A stretch of DNA of 64,000 nucleotides from Mobula hypostoma (Eukaryota): NCBI RefSeq assembly GCF_963921235.1, contig NC_086108.1:74092001-74156000 (forward strand). Direction: 5' to 3'. Under the pieces are notes generated by a model, which was not told where the DNA came from, did no database searches, and worked only from the letters and a program-made list of their open reading frames with translations. Of the stretch, positions 49,511 through 63,499 are shown piece by piece. The position numbers and the translations under genes are program-made. Each line of letters begins with the position of its first letter. Within the stretch, counting starts at the first letter, position 1.

Positions 49511-51139
49511 GTAAACCAACATCTTATTCAATATTTTCAGGAATTTAGAAATAACGGTTGTATTCTTTGAGTAAAAGATGTGTTCAATATACCAAGCTGG
49601 AATGTGTTTAACTAAATCAGGTGCAAAATGTCTTTGAGTTCAAACTGGAACATGGAAAACTGTGAAATTGAAATTTTTAAAAATTTGTGTGCTGTTACCA
49701 GGATGTGGGTGCTGGATAGGCAAAATGCATTCCTTAAAGTCCTTCATCCATCCCTCATTTGCCTACCCAAAATGTAATGCCTTTTCTGGTCTCAGGACAA
49801 TAACTTGCACTTACATAGCACCATTCATGTAAAGAGGAGTAAACACCAGAAAGAGGTTTCATCAGAGTGAAAGAAAGAGCCAGATGAAGAATGACCCACT
49901 ATAAAAGGAGTATAATTATAAGGGAGAAGAGACATGGGATTGAGGAAGGGAATGGTGGGATTTAGTTGGTTCAGACATGGCCATCAATGGTGATATTAAG
50001 GGAGAGGAGAAGTCACAAAAGGCTGGTTTGTAAAAGCAGTAAATTATTATATTTTACTTTGAGTTGCTGTTTATCCTCTTGAAATATCAAATGTCACGAA
50101 ACCATCCATAGAAATGCAGTATTGGTCAAGAAATAATTCTAAGAAGGACAATGATAGGACAGTATCCAAAAAACAACATAAGAAACAGAGGCGAGATTAG
50201 GCCATTCACCTTTCACACAAATGAACCATTTAATAAGATCATGAATATACTAGCCCCATATCCTTGGATTCCCTTATTATCCAAAAATCTATTCTTTTGA
50301 ATATACTCAGAGATTCAGATTACACAGCACATTTGGATAGACAGTGCCAAAGATTAAGACTTCTCTGGGTGATCCTAGTTGTAGGTAACTAGGAAACATC
50401 ATTCCTGAATCTACCCTGATAAGCTCTCCCATGTTCTAAGGAGATTACTTCCGTTCTTCTAACCTCGAGCCAACCTGCTAAATATCTCAGGAATCGATCT
50501 GGTGAATAGGAGCAGGAATAAGCCACTGTGCCTTGCCATTCAATATGATCATGCTTCATCTGCCCATTACTTCATCTCCATTTTGTCCCTGTTCCTCATC
50601 CCTTTTAATTCTTTATCATTCAAAAATGTATTTCTTCCACTTGAAATACCTCCAATTATACTTCAAACTATATCTGTGACACTTCTAATGCCCTGCATGG
50701 TTTTGACTGTTTCCATTTCTCTTTCCCAACAAACTCTTCTTCTCCATGCACATCTCTATACATCTTCATCCCACATCAGGATGGTCTGAGAGCATACCAT
50801 TTCTTGCTTGAAGGGAAGCCCAAACAGTTCTTCTCCACCAATCCACGCATTCACCTGGATGAATTTGTTCTCACATTGAGCAGCTTCTTTACTCCACTCT
50901 CATCCTCCAGATCAATTGTGTAGATTGGTCTCTTGCTAGTGCCCAAGTTATGTTTGCCTTATCATGGAATATGTGAAAAGTCTTTGTTCCAGTCTCACCT
51001 GTGTCCACTCTCTTAACACTTTCTCTGGTACATTGTGGACCTCACTGGTGCCACCTCCTGCCGTCAAGTCAAACTCAACAATTTTATTGCATTTACTACC
51101 AATTTCTGCCCTATATTCACACAGTCAATCTCCTGTAAT

Positions 51140-53445
51140 GTGGTGACCAGTACTGCATGCAATATTCCGAAGGAGTTTTGTACAGCTACCACATGACTTT
51201 CTGACTTTTATACTCAAGCCCCTGACCAATGAAAGGAAGTATGCCCTGTGCCTTCTTTACCACACGGTCAAGTTCTGTTGCCATCTTCAGAGAGCTGTTA
51301 ATTTGCAACTCAAGATCCCTCAGTGCATCAATGCTTCTAAGGGTCCTGCCATTTACCGTATACTTCCCTTTTACATTTAACCTCCCAATGTGCAAATCTT
51401 CACATTTGTCCAGATTAAATAATTGAATTCTACAGTTTGAAGTATCTTGATTTCTCAATCTTCATTTGACATTCATCTTTAAGATTAGGTTGTTTTTTTT
51501 CCTATTGGGACTGAAGGATATGCCCAACTTCTGGAATGTTTTCCTCTTCTGCATTTTACAAATCCCATATTCTTTTTTTATAGTGTTTTTTATCTATGCT
51601 CTTCCCTTTCAATTGCTGCCATTTATTCATGAACCAGAGAGAGTCATAGAGCAATGCAGCACAGATAAGAGCCCTTCAGTCCATTTAGTCTATGCTGTCT
51701 ACATTGTCTCCCGAGCTCGTCCCCATTTTCTGCAATCTGTGCTTATCTCTCCAAGGCCCTCTCCTCCATGTACCTATCCGAATGCTCCTTAAATTATACT
51801 ATTCTACCTGCCTCAATCATACTCAGCATCCTCTTCATGAAAAGTTGCCCCTCAGGTCCTCATTAAGCTCATTAACCCTAAATCTATATCCCATTGTTTT
51901 GGATTGTCCTACCCTGAGGGTAAAGTCTGTTACCATCCACCTTATCTATGCCTCTCATAAATTTAAGCACTTTAATTATGCCATTATTCTCCTATGTTCC
52001 AAGGAATAAAGACCTATTGCAACCTTTCACCATGGGCATCCCAGTTTCAATTTATTGGACACATCCACCCTTCCACACCATCCCTGCAGCTCTGCAAGTT
52101 CCTTTTTCCTTCTTTTTTTGGTAAAGGGACTCCAACTTGACTCTTGTGGCATGAGTTCCTGAGTATTTCCAGCATTTTATGATTTTTTTATATTTCTGGC
52201 ATCTGCTGGTTTATTTATTTTTACCCCCAGTTAGTTAGCCTCCAGAAATCTCTGGGGTAGAGCTTTCTAGAGATTCAGTATCCTCTACACGTGTATGTTC
52301 CCATGCACCTCTATTTTAAACAACTGTTTCATATGTCCCTCCATTCTGGATTCTTCAATTAGTGAAATCACTATTCTGCCCCACTATTTCATACATTTCA
52401 ATGCTAGGAATGAGGGGTAACCTTATGGAACCGTTTAAAATTAGGAAAGATGTAGATAAGTTGGGCAGTAACAGATCTCTCCAGGGTAGGGGAGTCCAAA
52501 ATAGGGGACATAGACTGAGGGTGAGAGGGAAAAGATTTTATAGGGATTTGAGGGGCAACATTTTCACACAGAAGATAGTGAGGCTATGGAATGAGCTGCC
52601 AGATGAAGTGAGTAGGCAGGTACAATCGTATAATTTAGGAAGCACATGGAGGGGCAGGGCTTAGAGGGATAACGGCTAAAATTAGATCTCGCTGGATGGG
52701 CACTATAGTTGGCCTTGACTTACTGGGCCAAAGGGCTTGTATCTTTGCTCTACTGGATAAATAAAATCACTCCTCATTTTTCCAATCTCCAAAGCAGCAA
52801 TTACAGATATATCTTTCTTGAAGTAGGGAGGCAAGATTACATGATATCCAGGTGCATTCCATTCAGTATGCTTTGTAATTGAAGTAAATCATCTTTCTGC
52901 TTCTTGTTGTTATTGAGATACTAACAATATCTAATGTTGCATTGAAATTAAGCCATATTTCTATGATATCATGGGAAAAGAAAAGATGAAAGTGGGATCA
53001 GCCTGTCTTTGCTATGTCAGGGGACAGAAGTGCTATTATTAAAGAGAACGTGTTTGGGAAGCTAAAAGGTCTGGAGGTAGGTAAATCATTTGTACCAAAT
53101 GGACTCCACCCCAGGGTTCTGAAAGCAGTAGCCAAAGATATTGTGGAGATATGAGTAATGGTGTTTCAAGAATCACTAGATTTTGGAATGATTCCAGAGG
53201 ACAGGAAAATTGCAAATGTCACTCTACTCTTTAAGAAGGGAGGAAGGCAAAAGACAGCAAATTATAAACCAGTTAGCCTGACTTAAAAGGTTGGCAAAGT
53301 GCTGGAGTCCATTTTTAACTATGAGGTCTTGGGATATTGGGAGTCACATGATAAAGTATGCCAAAGTCTGCATAGTTTCCTTAAAGGAAAATCTTGCCTG
53401 TTGGAATTCTTTGAGGAAATGACAGGCAGGATAGACAAAGGAAAG
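51140..53445. mobile_element. Cluster of CR1 fragments (minus 51140-51425 and 51635-52030; plus 52405-52745 and ~53000-53445)
   Basis: FNLDKCEDLHIGR, RGNIFTQKIVRLWNELP, FLKGKSCLLEFFEE. Confidence 0.7.
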
Positions 53446-54567
53446 CCAAAGTTCAAAGTATGCATACACTATACAGTCTTGAGATTTGTCTTCTTGCAGA
53501 CAACCACAAAACAAAAAAACACAATAGAACACATTCAAAGAAAAAAAACACATTCAAAGACCATCAAACACCCAAAGTGTGAAAAAAGAACAAATCACGC
53601 AAACAATACAAAGTAAGCAATACCCCAAAGGTGAGTCCTCAGCACTGTGCCATTGGCTGCATGCCATAGCTGCAGAGTTAGTTCAGCACTGGTGCCCATG
53701 TTAAATTGTACAAATATTTAAACAAAAAGTTTACAAAAAGTACAAGGACCATGAACTGCAGAATCCCTGAAGCAAGTCCACAACTGTGGAGCACATTCAT
53801 AAGACCAATGGTTGCAGGCAGCAGCCGCTCCCAAACCCAGCAGCATGGGACCCAACACGGCTGCATGTTCCACCCGCCAGCAGTGCGAGAGAGACCAGTC
53901 AAACACAGGCAGACGGCGCTGAATATCTGTTCATTTTCCGCTCGTGTCCTTGATAACTTTATCTTGCTTGATGCTTTAATCAGTGTGGAGTAATGGAGCC
54001 AACCACGGGTTTGTGTTCCGCCATTAGGAATCAACACAGAATCTCATCTATACCCAATCCCCCAGCAGACTGCAGAAGCACCAGATCGTTCAGTCAGCCC
54101 AAAAATATATTCTTAAAAGGGAAATGACAGGCGGCAATTAATCGCAGTTCAGCAGAAGAAGAGTATCCTGAAGTTTTACAAGCTGTCTGCAAGATGTCAC
54201 TATTGGTCAGTGGTGCCATCTTGCCATTTGTCTATGGATGTTGTTTACTTGGATTTTCATAAGCCCTTTGACAAGGATTTTTGATGGAAGGGGAACAAAA
54301 CACAGCTGTTATTGCTGAAGGTGCAGCCAGTATTCATCATTCCCCAGCTAGAAGGAGTATCTGGTCACAGTGCCCATGTTCAATCCACATATACCCGTTG
54401 TGGATGTCCTCACCTTCCTTGCCTGTTTCATTGAGTGTGCAGAAAACTGCGTGGACATTAAGGATATGTTCGGGATCTAGACAAGCAAATTCCAGATGAA
54501 GGTCAAACTGAGGGCAGATTCGAATAGCTCCAACATCCACCCTCCTAAAGTCTTCGCCATCAGAAAG

Positions 54568-55388
54568 AACTGCGGTGGAGCTAAAGAGACAACGGCGCAT
54601 AACGGCAACTCCTTTGCTTGCACCTTCAGAAACAGCTCTATTTCTATCTTTAATATCCTTATTTTTCCCTTTCAGGGCTCTTTTGAAGATGCTGACCTGG
54701 AGTTACACGCTGACTTCGGTTCTTTGCAGGAATGGGACCCACTCTCGGTGTCTCACGACTAGCTGTTATTCGATATGCCAAGGACACAGCCTAGAAGATT
54801 AGCTCGCCTTTGGAGTTCCGGGATTTCATGGCTCTGAAGGCATGCAGACTCGAGATCGGTGCCTCTGCAGGGAATCAGTGTGTCGTAGGAGATGGAAGAT
54901 CAAAAGCAGCGAGCTGGCCGCTGGCTGTGTGCCCAGAGACCCGAGTTCTTTGGGCACAGAGCTCAGAAAATGTGACACAATGGATTTTTAACATCTTAAA
55001 TCGGCGAGTTGTTTGTTATGTCTCTCCTCTCGCTGTGAAACGGAGATACCTCTTTTTCCCTTATTAGGGAGAGAGCGAGCTTGTGGTATGTCGAATTACT
55101 GGGTGAACGAGTAGTCTTTGGGGTACTGCAAGTCTGTGTCTTTATTGATGCTTTGCTGCATGCTTGAGTGTTCGGTGGGGGTACCGATGCACTTTTTGTG
55201 GGTGGGGGAGGGGATCTTTAATTTGCTGCTGCTTACGCGTGGGGGGTTAAAGCTGGGGAGGACTTTGGGATTCTAACATTAACTGTCATCCATCCTTTGG
55301 GGCACTCCTCTGTTTTTGTGGATGGTTGCGAAGAAAAAGCATACAGTATACATTTCCTTGACATTAAATGTACCTTTGAAACCTTTGG
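54568..55388 (+). mobile_element. Non-autonomous retroposon with a Rex1-type tail, inserted in Tx1 ORF1
   Basis: 3' end gggcactcctctgtt...gacattaaatgtacctttgaaac also present at ~19965-20060; flanking gaaag repeat. Confidence 0.55.
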
Positions 55389-57194
55389 AAAGCTGGTGAA
55401 CCCAGGGTATGCCATGACTGGAAAAGGTCTAGCATGTCACCCCCAATGCATTGCAGTGATCTGCAAACAGGAAGGAGAGCAAATGCTGCAAGCTCTGTGG
55501 AGAGGTGGGTCACCTCGACAAAGCCTGCCCAAGATACCCCACACATAGGCAACGAGAGAGGGAGCTGGCAATGATAATGCTCAGGCAAACGCCGACGAGC
55601 CTACCCATCAGCACAGAGGCCACGGCCAGCACTAAGATACAGACTGTGACCGAAGAAAGGCTGATCACCTTGAGCTCCCAAAGCCCCCACCGGAAAGCCC
55701 CTGGCAAGATGAGAAGGAGTCCATGGAGGAGGGGAGGGCAGAGGGGCAAAAAGAGGAATGGCGGCAGGTGAAGAATCTCTGAAGTCACCACCCAAGGGAC
55801 AACGGGTTGATGGAAATAAAAGGAACGGGGAAAAAAGAGCAGAGCAGCAAACTAATGCCAGCAACCTCTCCTTGTCAGATGATGAAGCGAGGGCGAGAAA
55901 TTGGTGACACAGGCAGAGGAAGCACCAAACGGGAGAGGAAAAGGCATGAAGGGGAAATATAGATGTACTGCTGACACCGCCCAGCTCAGGGAGACTGGGG
56001 CAGCACAGAGGGCATAAGCCCCCAGCTCCAGGAGACTGGGATCAGCATGGTGCCCAGTCATCACTGGCTCTGGGAAACTGGGAGTCGCACAGCGGTCTTT
56101 CGGCCCCGCTCTAGGAGAACGGGAGCAGCGCAGGAGCCACCACCTCCCAGCTCCAGCAGTCTGGGAGCGGACCAGTGTCCTGTGCACCCCAGCTCAAAGG
56201 TGGAAGGGTATTGGTTGACCAGTGCGGGATGTTAGAGGAGAAGCAGCAACCAACCTTCCCCCAGTCTCACCGCCAGCATCGCCACACCAGTGTGAGGATT
56301 ATCGTCAGCACCTGACCCCACAAAATGTCCAACAGTTCACCAAGGCATGACAGCTCAGGCTGAGTGACCAGGATAAGAATTGTGCTTCGACAGCTAATCG
56401 TGGATTTAAAACTGGCATCTTGGAATATGTGCAGTGTAAAGAGAGCAGTTCCATGTACCATACAGTACCTGGCCAAGGTCAAGGCCAATGTGACTTTCTG
56501 ACAGGAGTGAGGGTTGTCGTGGTGGCCTATGGTCGGGTGTAATGATTGTCGTACTTCTGGCCTGGGGATTTTGCTAGGGGGAGGCAACTTCTCAATCACT
56601 CAAGTTAAAGAGGTGGTTAGGGGCGCCTCCCTGTGGCAGACATAATGTACCACAACAGTCTGCCCCATCTAATTTATGTGTACATCTCACCAAGACAGAG
56701 CGAGCAACTGGCTGTCCTTGAGCAGCTCCCATCACTGTTGGCAATGTGCCAGCTGGTCATTCTGGCCGATAATTTCAACTGCATCATCGATACGGCTGGA
56801 CGATCTGGTAGTGGTGACAGCAGGCTGAACAGCACCTCCAGGTTCCTGATGGAAACGATTAAAATACCCGAGCCTTCACTACCACTGCAGGTGAGCACAG
56901 CCACAGCCCACCTGGTGACAATTGGATGGCTCAGCCTGCTCTCAGATCGATGTCCTCTTTGTATCAGAGCCCATCATGGTCAGATCCACCGACATCACGC
57001 CACATCTGACCACTGCCTCCTCCAAACCTCCTGTCACCCACGGGAGGACCAGAAGGCAGAGAGGGGGACATGAAAGGTGAACATTTAGCTGCTGACCCCG
57101 GAGAACATTAAGGAACTAGAGAGGGAACACGCAGGCTGGAGAACCTTGAAACCTTTATTCCCCTGTTCACTGGTAGGAAGCACCCAAGGAGAAC

Positions 57195-60035
57195 ATAAGA
57201 TGATAAGACCATAAGGCATTGGAGCAGAATTAGGCCATTTGGCCCATTGAATCTGCTACGCCATTTAATCATGGCTGATCCATTTCCCTCTCAACCCCAT
57301 TCTCCTGCCTTCTCCCCATAAACTTTCATACCCTGACATCAAGAATCTATCATCCGCCTTAAATACACCCAATAACCTGGCCTCCACAGCTGCCTGTGGC
57401 TATGAATTTCACAGATTCACCACTCTTTCTTCACCTCCATTCTAAATGGACATCCCCCTATTCTGAGGTTTTGTGCCCTCTAGTCCTAGACTCCCCCTCT
57501 AAAGGAAACATCCTCTCCACATTCACTCTATCTAGGCCTTTCAACATTTGATGGGTTTTAATGAGATTTCCCCCCTCATTCTTCTAAATTCCAGCAAGTA
57601 CAGGCCCAGAGCCATCAAATGCTCCTCAGATGATAGGTCATTCAACCATGGAATCATTTTTGTGAACCTTCTTTGAACCTTCTTCAATGTCAGCACATCC
57701 TTTCTTAGATAATGGGCCTAAAACAGCTCACAATACTCCATGAGACCTCACTAGTGCTTTATAAAGCCTCAACGATACATCCTTCAATTTTTGATATTCC
57801 AGTCCTCCTGAAATGAATGCTAAAATTGCATTTGCCTTCCTTACCACTGATTCAACTTGCAAGTTAACCTTTAGGGAATCATTGTACAAGGACTCCGAAG
57901 TCCCTTTGCACCTCGGATTTTTAAATTTTCTCCCTATTTAGAAAATAGTCTACGCTTTTATTCCTTTCACCAAAACGCATGGCCATACATTTTCCTACAC
58001 TGTATTCCATCTGTCCCTCTTTGCCCATTCTCCTAATCTGTCTAAGTCCTTCTGCAGCCTCTCTACTTCTTCAACACTACCTGCCCTTCCACCTATCTTT
58101 GTATTATCTGCAAACTTGGTCGCAATGTATCAATTCCATCATTCAAATCAGTGACATACAACATCATAAGCAGTTCTTCCAATACCAACCCCTGCAGAAC
58201 ACATTAGTCACTGGCAGCAAAAGAGAAAAGGACCCCTTTATTCACACTCGTTGCCCCCTACCAATCATCCATGCTAATATCTTTCCTCTAATATGATAGG
58301 TTCTTGTCTTGCGAAGCAGCCTCATGTGTAGCACCTTGTCAAAGGCCTTTTGAAAATACAAGTACTGTACACAAGATTCACCAATTCTCCTTGGTCTGTC
58401 CTGCTTGCAATTTCCTCAAAGAATTTCCACAGATTAATCAGGCAAGGTTTTCCCTTAAAGAAACCCTGCTGACTTTAGCCATTTTATCATGTGCCTCCAA
58501 GTACCCCAAAACCTCATCCTTAAAAATCGACTCTAAGATCCTCCCATCCACTGAGATCAGGCTAACAGGCCTATAATTTACTTTCTTCTGCTTCCCTCCC
58601 TTTTGAAGAGTGGGGTGACATTTGCTATTTCCAGTCTTCTGGAACCATGTCAGAATCAAGTGATTCTTGAAAATTCATTCCTAATGCCTCCATAATCTCT
58701 TCAGGTACCTCTTTCAGAACATTCGTGTGTAGTCCATCTCTAGCTGACTTGCCTTCAGACCTTACAGCTTTCCAAGCATGTTCTCCCTAGTAATAGCAGT
58801 TGCACTCACTTCTACCCCGATGCTGTCGGACATACAGCAGAGACTGCTAGTGTCTTCCACAGTGAAGACTGATGGAAAATACTTATTCAGTTTGTCCACC
58901 ATTTCCTTGTCCCCCATTACTAGCTCTCCAGTGTCATTGTCAAGCAGCCCAATATCTACTCTCACCTCTCTTTTCCTTTTCATATATCTGAAAAAAACTT
59001 TTATATCCTCTTTGAACTTATTGGCAAGCTTACCTTCATATTTCATTTTTTCACTCCTTGTGGCTTTTTAGTTGCCTTCTGTTGGTTTCTAAAAGCTTCC
59101 CAATCCTCTAACACCCCACAAATTTTTTGTCTATTATATGCCCGAAAGAAGGCAATGGCAAACCACTTCTGTAGAAAAATTTGCCAAGAGCAATCATGGT
59201 CATGGGACAATAATCACCTATGTCATATTGACACAGCACAAAGTGATGATGATTATTTGCCCTGTCTTTTGTTTTTATGTTTGCTTTGATTTCCCTTGTC
59301 CACCTTGATCGTGTCATAGTGCCTTTAGAATAATTCTTCTTTGAGATGCATCTATCCTTCCAATTGCTCCCAGAAACTCCAGCCACTGCTGCTCTCCCGT
59401 CATCCCTGATAGTGTTGTGTTCCAATCAACTTTAGCCAGCTCCTCTCTTGTGCTTCTTTACTTCCTTTTACCCCACTGTAATATTGATACATCTGACTTA
59501 AGCTTCACCCTCTTAAACTGCAGGCTGAATTCTATTATTATGATCACTGCCTCTTAAGAGTTCCTTTACCTTAAGCTCTCTAATCAAATCCAGTTCATTG
59601 CACTAACACCCAATCCAGAACAGCTGATCCCCTCGTGGGCTTTACAACAAGTTGCTCCAACGAGCCATAAGACCATAAGACATAGGAGCAGAATTAGGCT
59701 ATTTAGCCCATCGAGCCACCTCACCCTTCAAAACTCCAGTGAGTACAGACCCAGAGCCATCTCACATTCCTGGTATGATAACGCTTTCATTCCTGGAATC
59801 ATCCTTGTGAACCTCCTCTGGACCCTCTCCAATGCCAGTACATCTCTTCTAAGATAAGGAGGCCAAAACTGTTCACAATACTCAAGGTGAGGCCTCAGCA
59901 TCACATCCCTGCTCTCGAATTCTAGACATTTTGAAATTAATGCTAACATTGCATTTGTCTTTCTCATCACCAACTCGACCTGCAAGTTAACCTTTAGGGT
60001 GTTCTGCACAAGGACTCCCAAGTCCCTTTGCATCT
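57195..60035 (-). mobile_element. Two CR1 LINE copies inserted into the Tx1 element (57195-~59665 and ~59666-60035), with a short RTE-tail-like insert at ~59140-59255
   Basis: (cataagac)n tails at 57195 and 59667; NYRPVSLISV, LNKYFPSVFTVED, RPHLEYCEQFW. Confidence 0.8.
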
Positions 60036-62756
60036 CAGATTTTGGGATTGCATGAAAAAAGATGAGATCTGCTCACATTTCTTCTTCCAGTAGGTTCACG
60101 GGGGGGGGGGGTGCGGAACTCCGTGATCCACAGCCTTAAGAAAGTGGACGGCTTAGTAGCATCCTCATGGACAGACATATCGAAGATCTGTAGATTCTTA
60201 TATGTCAGAAAGGCCACAGACACCACAGCCTCCCAGAACTTCCTGTAGTCTATCATGGAGGTGTTAGATAGCAGGAAGTGAGAGAGTCTGAACCATCCAC
60301 TAACCCTGGAAGAGCTGACTAGCTCCATCCATTCCTTTGACTCAAATAAAACTCCCAGCAACAACGGCTTACTGACAAAGTTGTACTCGGCTCTCTGGGA
60401 CTGGATGGGCCCAGACTTGCTGGAAGTGTACAATGCTCTGCTTCAAGACTGCATGACAAAGGGCATCAGTATCCCCATCTACAAGCAGAAGGGGAAAAGA
60501 GCTGTCTTCAAGAATTGGAGACTCATTTTGCTCTTCAATATAGACTATAAGATCCTGTTCATGGCCATCGGCAACACGGTCAAGTCTGTTATGAGATAGG
60601 TTATCAACAGGACCCAAGCCCGTGCTGTACCGGGCAGGAAGATTTTGGACAGCTTTGTGCTGCTGAGGGACACCATTGCCTCGGTGCAGTATAAGGAGGT
60701 GGATGCCTGCCTGGTCAGTTTCGACCAGGAGAAAGCCTTTGACGGGATATCACACATGTACGTGATGGACATAAAATGGGATTTATTGAAGGAATAAAGA
60801 ATTGGATCCAATTGCTTTACACAGACATCTGAAGTGCAGGCCATATCAAAGGGTGGGAAACAGCCATAAAGTCTGGAGTCAGGCGGGGTGGTCCACTCTC
60901 CCCGGATTTGTTTGTGTACTATACAGAACCCTTGCAGAAGCCATCGGGAAAGACGAGAGCATAAGAGGGGTGGCATTGTCAAGCAATGGAAGGACCTAAT
61001 TGATAACTTCCCTGTACATGGACGATGTCACTGCCTTCTGCTCAGACCTGAAGGCCTGTTCACAGATTGATCAGCATCGACGACCAGTTTGAATTGGCAT
61101 CGGGCCAGGATTAACCACACGAAGAGTGAGGTCATGATTTTCAGCAACTGGCCCAACCGATCCAGTGTCCCCTGCACCATCATGTCCATTTACGTGAAGG
61201 TGCTGGGGATCTGGTTTGGAGGGGCCGAGCCATGCAACAAGAACTAGCTGCAGCGAACTGGGAAGGTAAAGCAGAAATTGGGACTGTGGGGAGGGCGCTC
61301 CTCTCAATAACTGGGAAGAACCTGGTCATCGGGTGTGAGGTGCTCTCAGGACTGCAGTACTTGGTGCAGTAGTGGCCCAACACTCACTCCTCCGCCTTGG
61401 GAATCAGCTGGTGTTGTGAAGGTTGGGTTTGACCCTGTTGCCATGCAATGTCCCAGTCAGCTGGATGGTGCCCACTGTCTTGTCCTTTGTGGAAAAGTTC
61501 TTCTGGACGATCACCTAAGTCCGTCAGGCAGTGGTCAGCACAGAACATCCTGCAGACACTGCAGGAGGATGTGATGGGCACAGTGAGGTGGTTCCCCAAG
61601 CAGACTGTCCAGGCCCTGGCAGAATCCCTCATCACCAGGCCCCACCAACAGACACCAAGACCTTGCCTGGCTGTTGATGAGAGTTAGATCCTCCCTGCAT
61701 GCCCGAAGCATCACTCCCACAACACACTACCAGCAGGATGACTGTAGTGGGGAAGAAACAATGGCTCACCTCTTTGTGGACTGTGGGTTTGTAAAGAGGG
61801 TCTGGAGAAAACAGAAAGACCTGTTCGCATGTCATCCTGTGCAGTAGTGTGATGTAGGACTCTCTGATCTCCAGGCTGTTACCAGGGACACACACAGAGA
61901 CAAACATCAGGTGCTGCTGGCAGATCATCAGCTTGGTATAAGACACCCTATGGTTCTGCCCGAACTTGTTGGTCTGACAGCACATTGAAATGTCTGGAGG
62001 AATGCTGCCAACTGGCACATTTCAGGCTGCAGGAGTACATGCTGAGGGACGCACTGAAGCTTAGAGCAGCCACTGAAAGGGCTTGGAAGGAAAGGACCAT
62101 GGAGTAGAGTTCTTCTCCTACTGCAGAGGGAGGTGCGAGGTGGGGGGGTGAAGCCCCTCAATTATTGAAGCAGTTAGTGTACCACCCCAGAGTGCCACAT
62201 GAGAGGCAACAGTGCTATTAATATATATAAATGTAATTGAACAGCAGGGAAAGCATTGACTACGTATGTAAAGAATGAAAAGGCATTGAATGGTTTATTC
62301 TAGTAAATTTTTTTATTATGAAAGTATATTTGATGGCTCTGAACCTAGAAAAAATGAGTGGAAATTTCATTGAAACCTATGGAATATTGAAAAGCTCAGA
62401 AGGAGAGGATGTTTCCTTTTGTGGGGGACTCTAGGGCCAGAGGCATAGCCTCAAAATACAAGAACAGAGATGAAAAGGAGCTTCTTTAGCCAGTATCTAT
62501 GAAATTTATTGCCACCGAACCCAATTCGTTGGGTATACTTAAAGTGGAGGTTCTTGATTAGTAAGGGTGTCAAAGGTTGTAGGGGGAGAGGGTAATAAAT
62601 CAGCCAGATGGAATGGCAGAGCAGACTCAATGGATTGAATGGTCCAACTCTGCTCCCATGTCCTCTGGTCTTAAAATGTTATAAAAATATGTTTAAATAC
62701 CAAATCATTGTTTCCTATTTCTGGTTATGTCACAATGTTGTTATTCATTACTCCAG

Positions 62757-62885
62757 ATGCGAAGAGTACATGAAAAAAGTAGATTGTTTTTACTATTGCT
62801 CACCCCTTGCCTTCAACTGGATCAATCCCAATAACTCGTATTCAATTCTTCATGTCCCAGTCTGCAAGAGCTTTTGTGATGACTG
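62757..62885 (+). CDS. RBP: Riboflavin-binding protein, third coding exon (gene continues beyond the window)
   Basis: actccag|...|gtaagt; CEEYMKKVDCFYYCSPLAFNWINPNNSYSILHVPVCKSFCDDW resembles RBP CEDFTKKIECFYRCSPHAARWIDP..VPLCQSFCDDW; phase 2/2. Confidence 0.9.
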
Positions 62886-63499
62886 GTAAGTTTATTTTTC
62901 TGTTTAAACTCAACTTTGCCTTGGAGGAATTCTAATTTTCATCAAATATTGTCTTTTTTCTCTGTTCAGACTTAAAATAAGGTTTCAAACATTTATCAGT
63001 ATATATTTCACCATCATATATTTACTACTACTTACCGCCTGTTATGCTGCTAGTCCTCCATCTCTGGCGGTGTTTTGGCAGGGTTTTGGCCTGAAATATC
63101 GGCTATACTCTTTTCCTAGATGCTGCCTGGAGTTCCTCGAGCACTTAGTGTGCGTTGCTGAAAGATCATATTATGTGGCTTGATCAAAATGAGTGAGGGA
63201 GTCTGTGAGTAATACAGTTTTTAAAATGTTTCATCTGGTATCTATCTCTTGTGATGTTTGAATTGAGTGATGTTCACAGTTTTGAAGGCGATATCAAACA
63301 CGTGGCTACAGTACATAATGCAAGCACAAATCTCTCTGTGCTGTAATGCACCTCAAATCCAATCTCAGAAAGCCACTAATTCATCACCTGGCTCAGCCAT
63401 TATATTAACCAAGTTGGGGTTTGTCGTTTAATGAATTTTCCTGATATCCAGGTTCTAATCAGGAATTATCATGAAAGAAAGCAGTGTGAATAGTGAATG

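Larger units (their letters stand above)
54283..62330 (+). mobile_element. Decayed Tx1-type (L1 clade) LINE: ZCCHC3-like ORF1, endonuclease, RT; interrupted by later insertions
   Basis: VTVPMFNPHIPVVDVLTFLA...HPPKVFAI; CKLCGEVGHLDKACP knuckle; ILADNFNCIID; YSALWDWMGPDLLEVYN, KNWRLILLFNIDYKIL, DQEKAFD, YMDDV. Confidence 0.8.
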
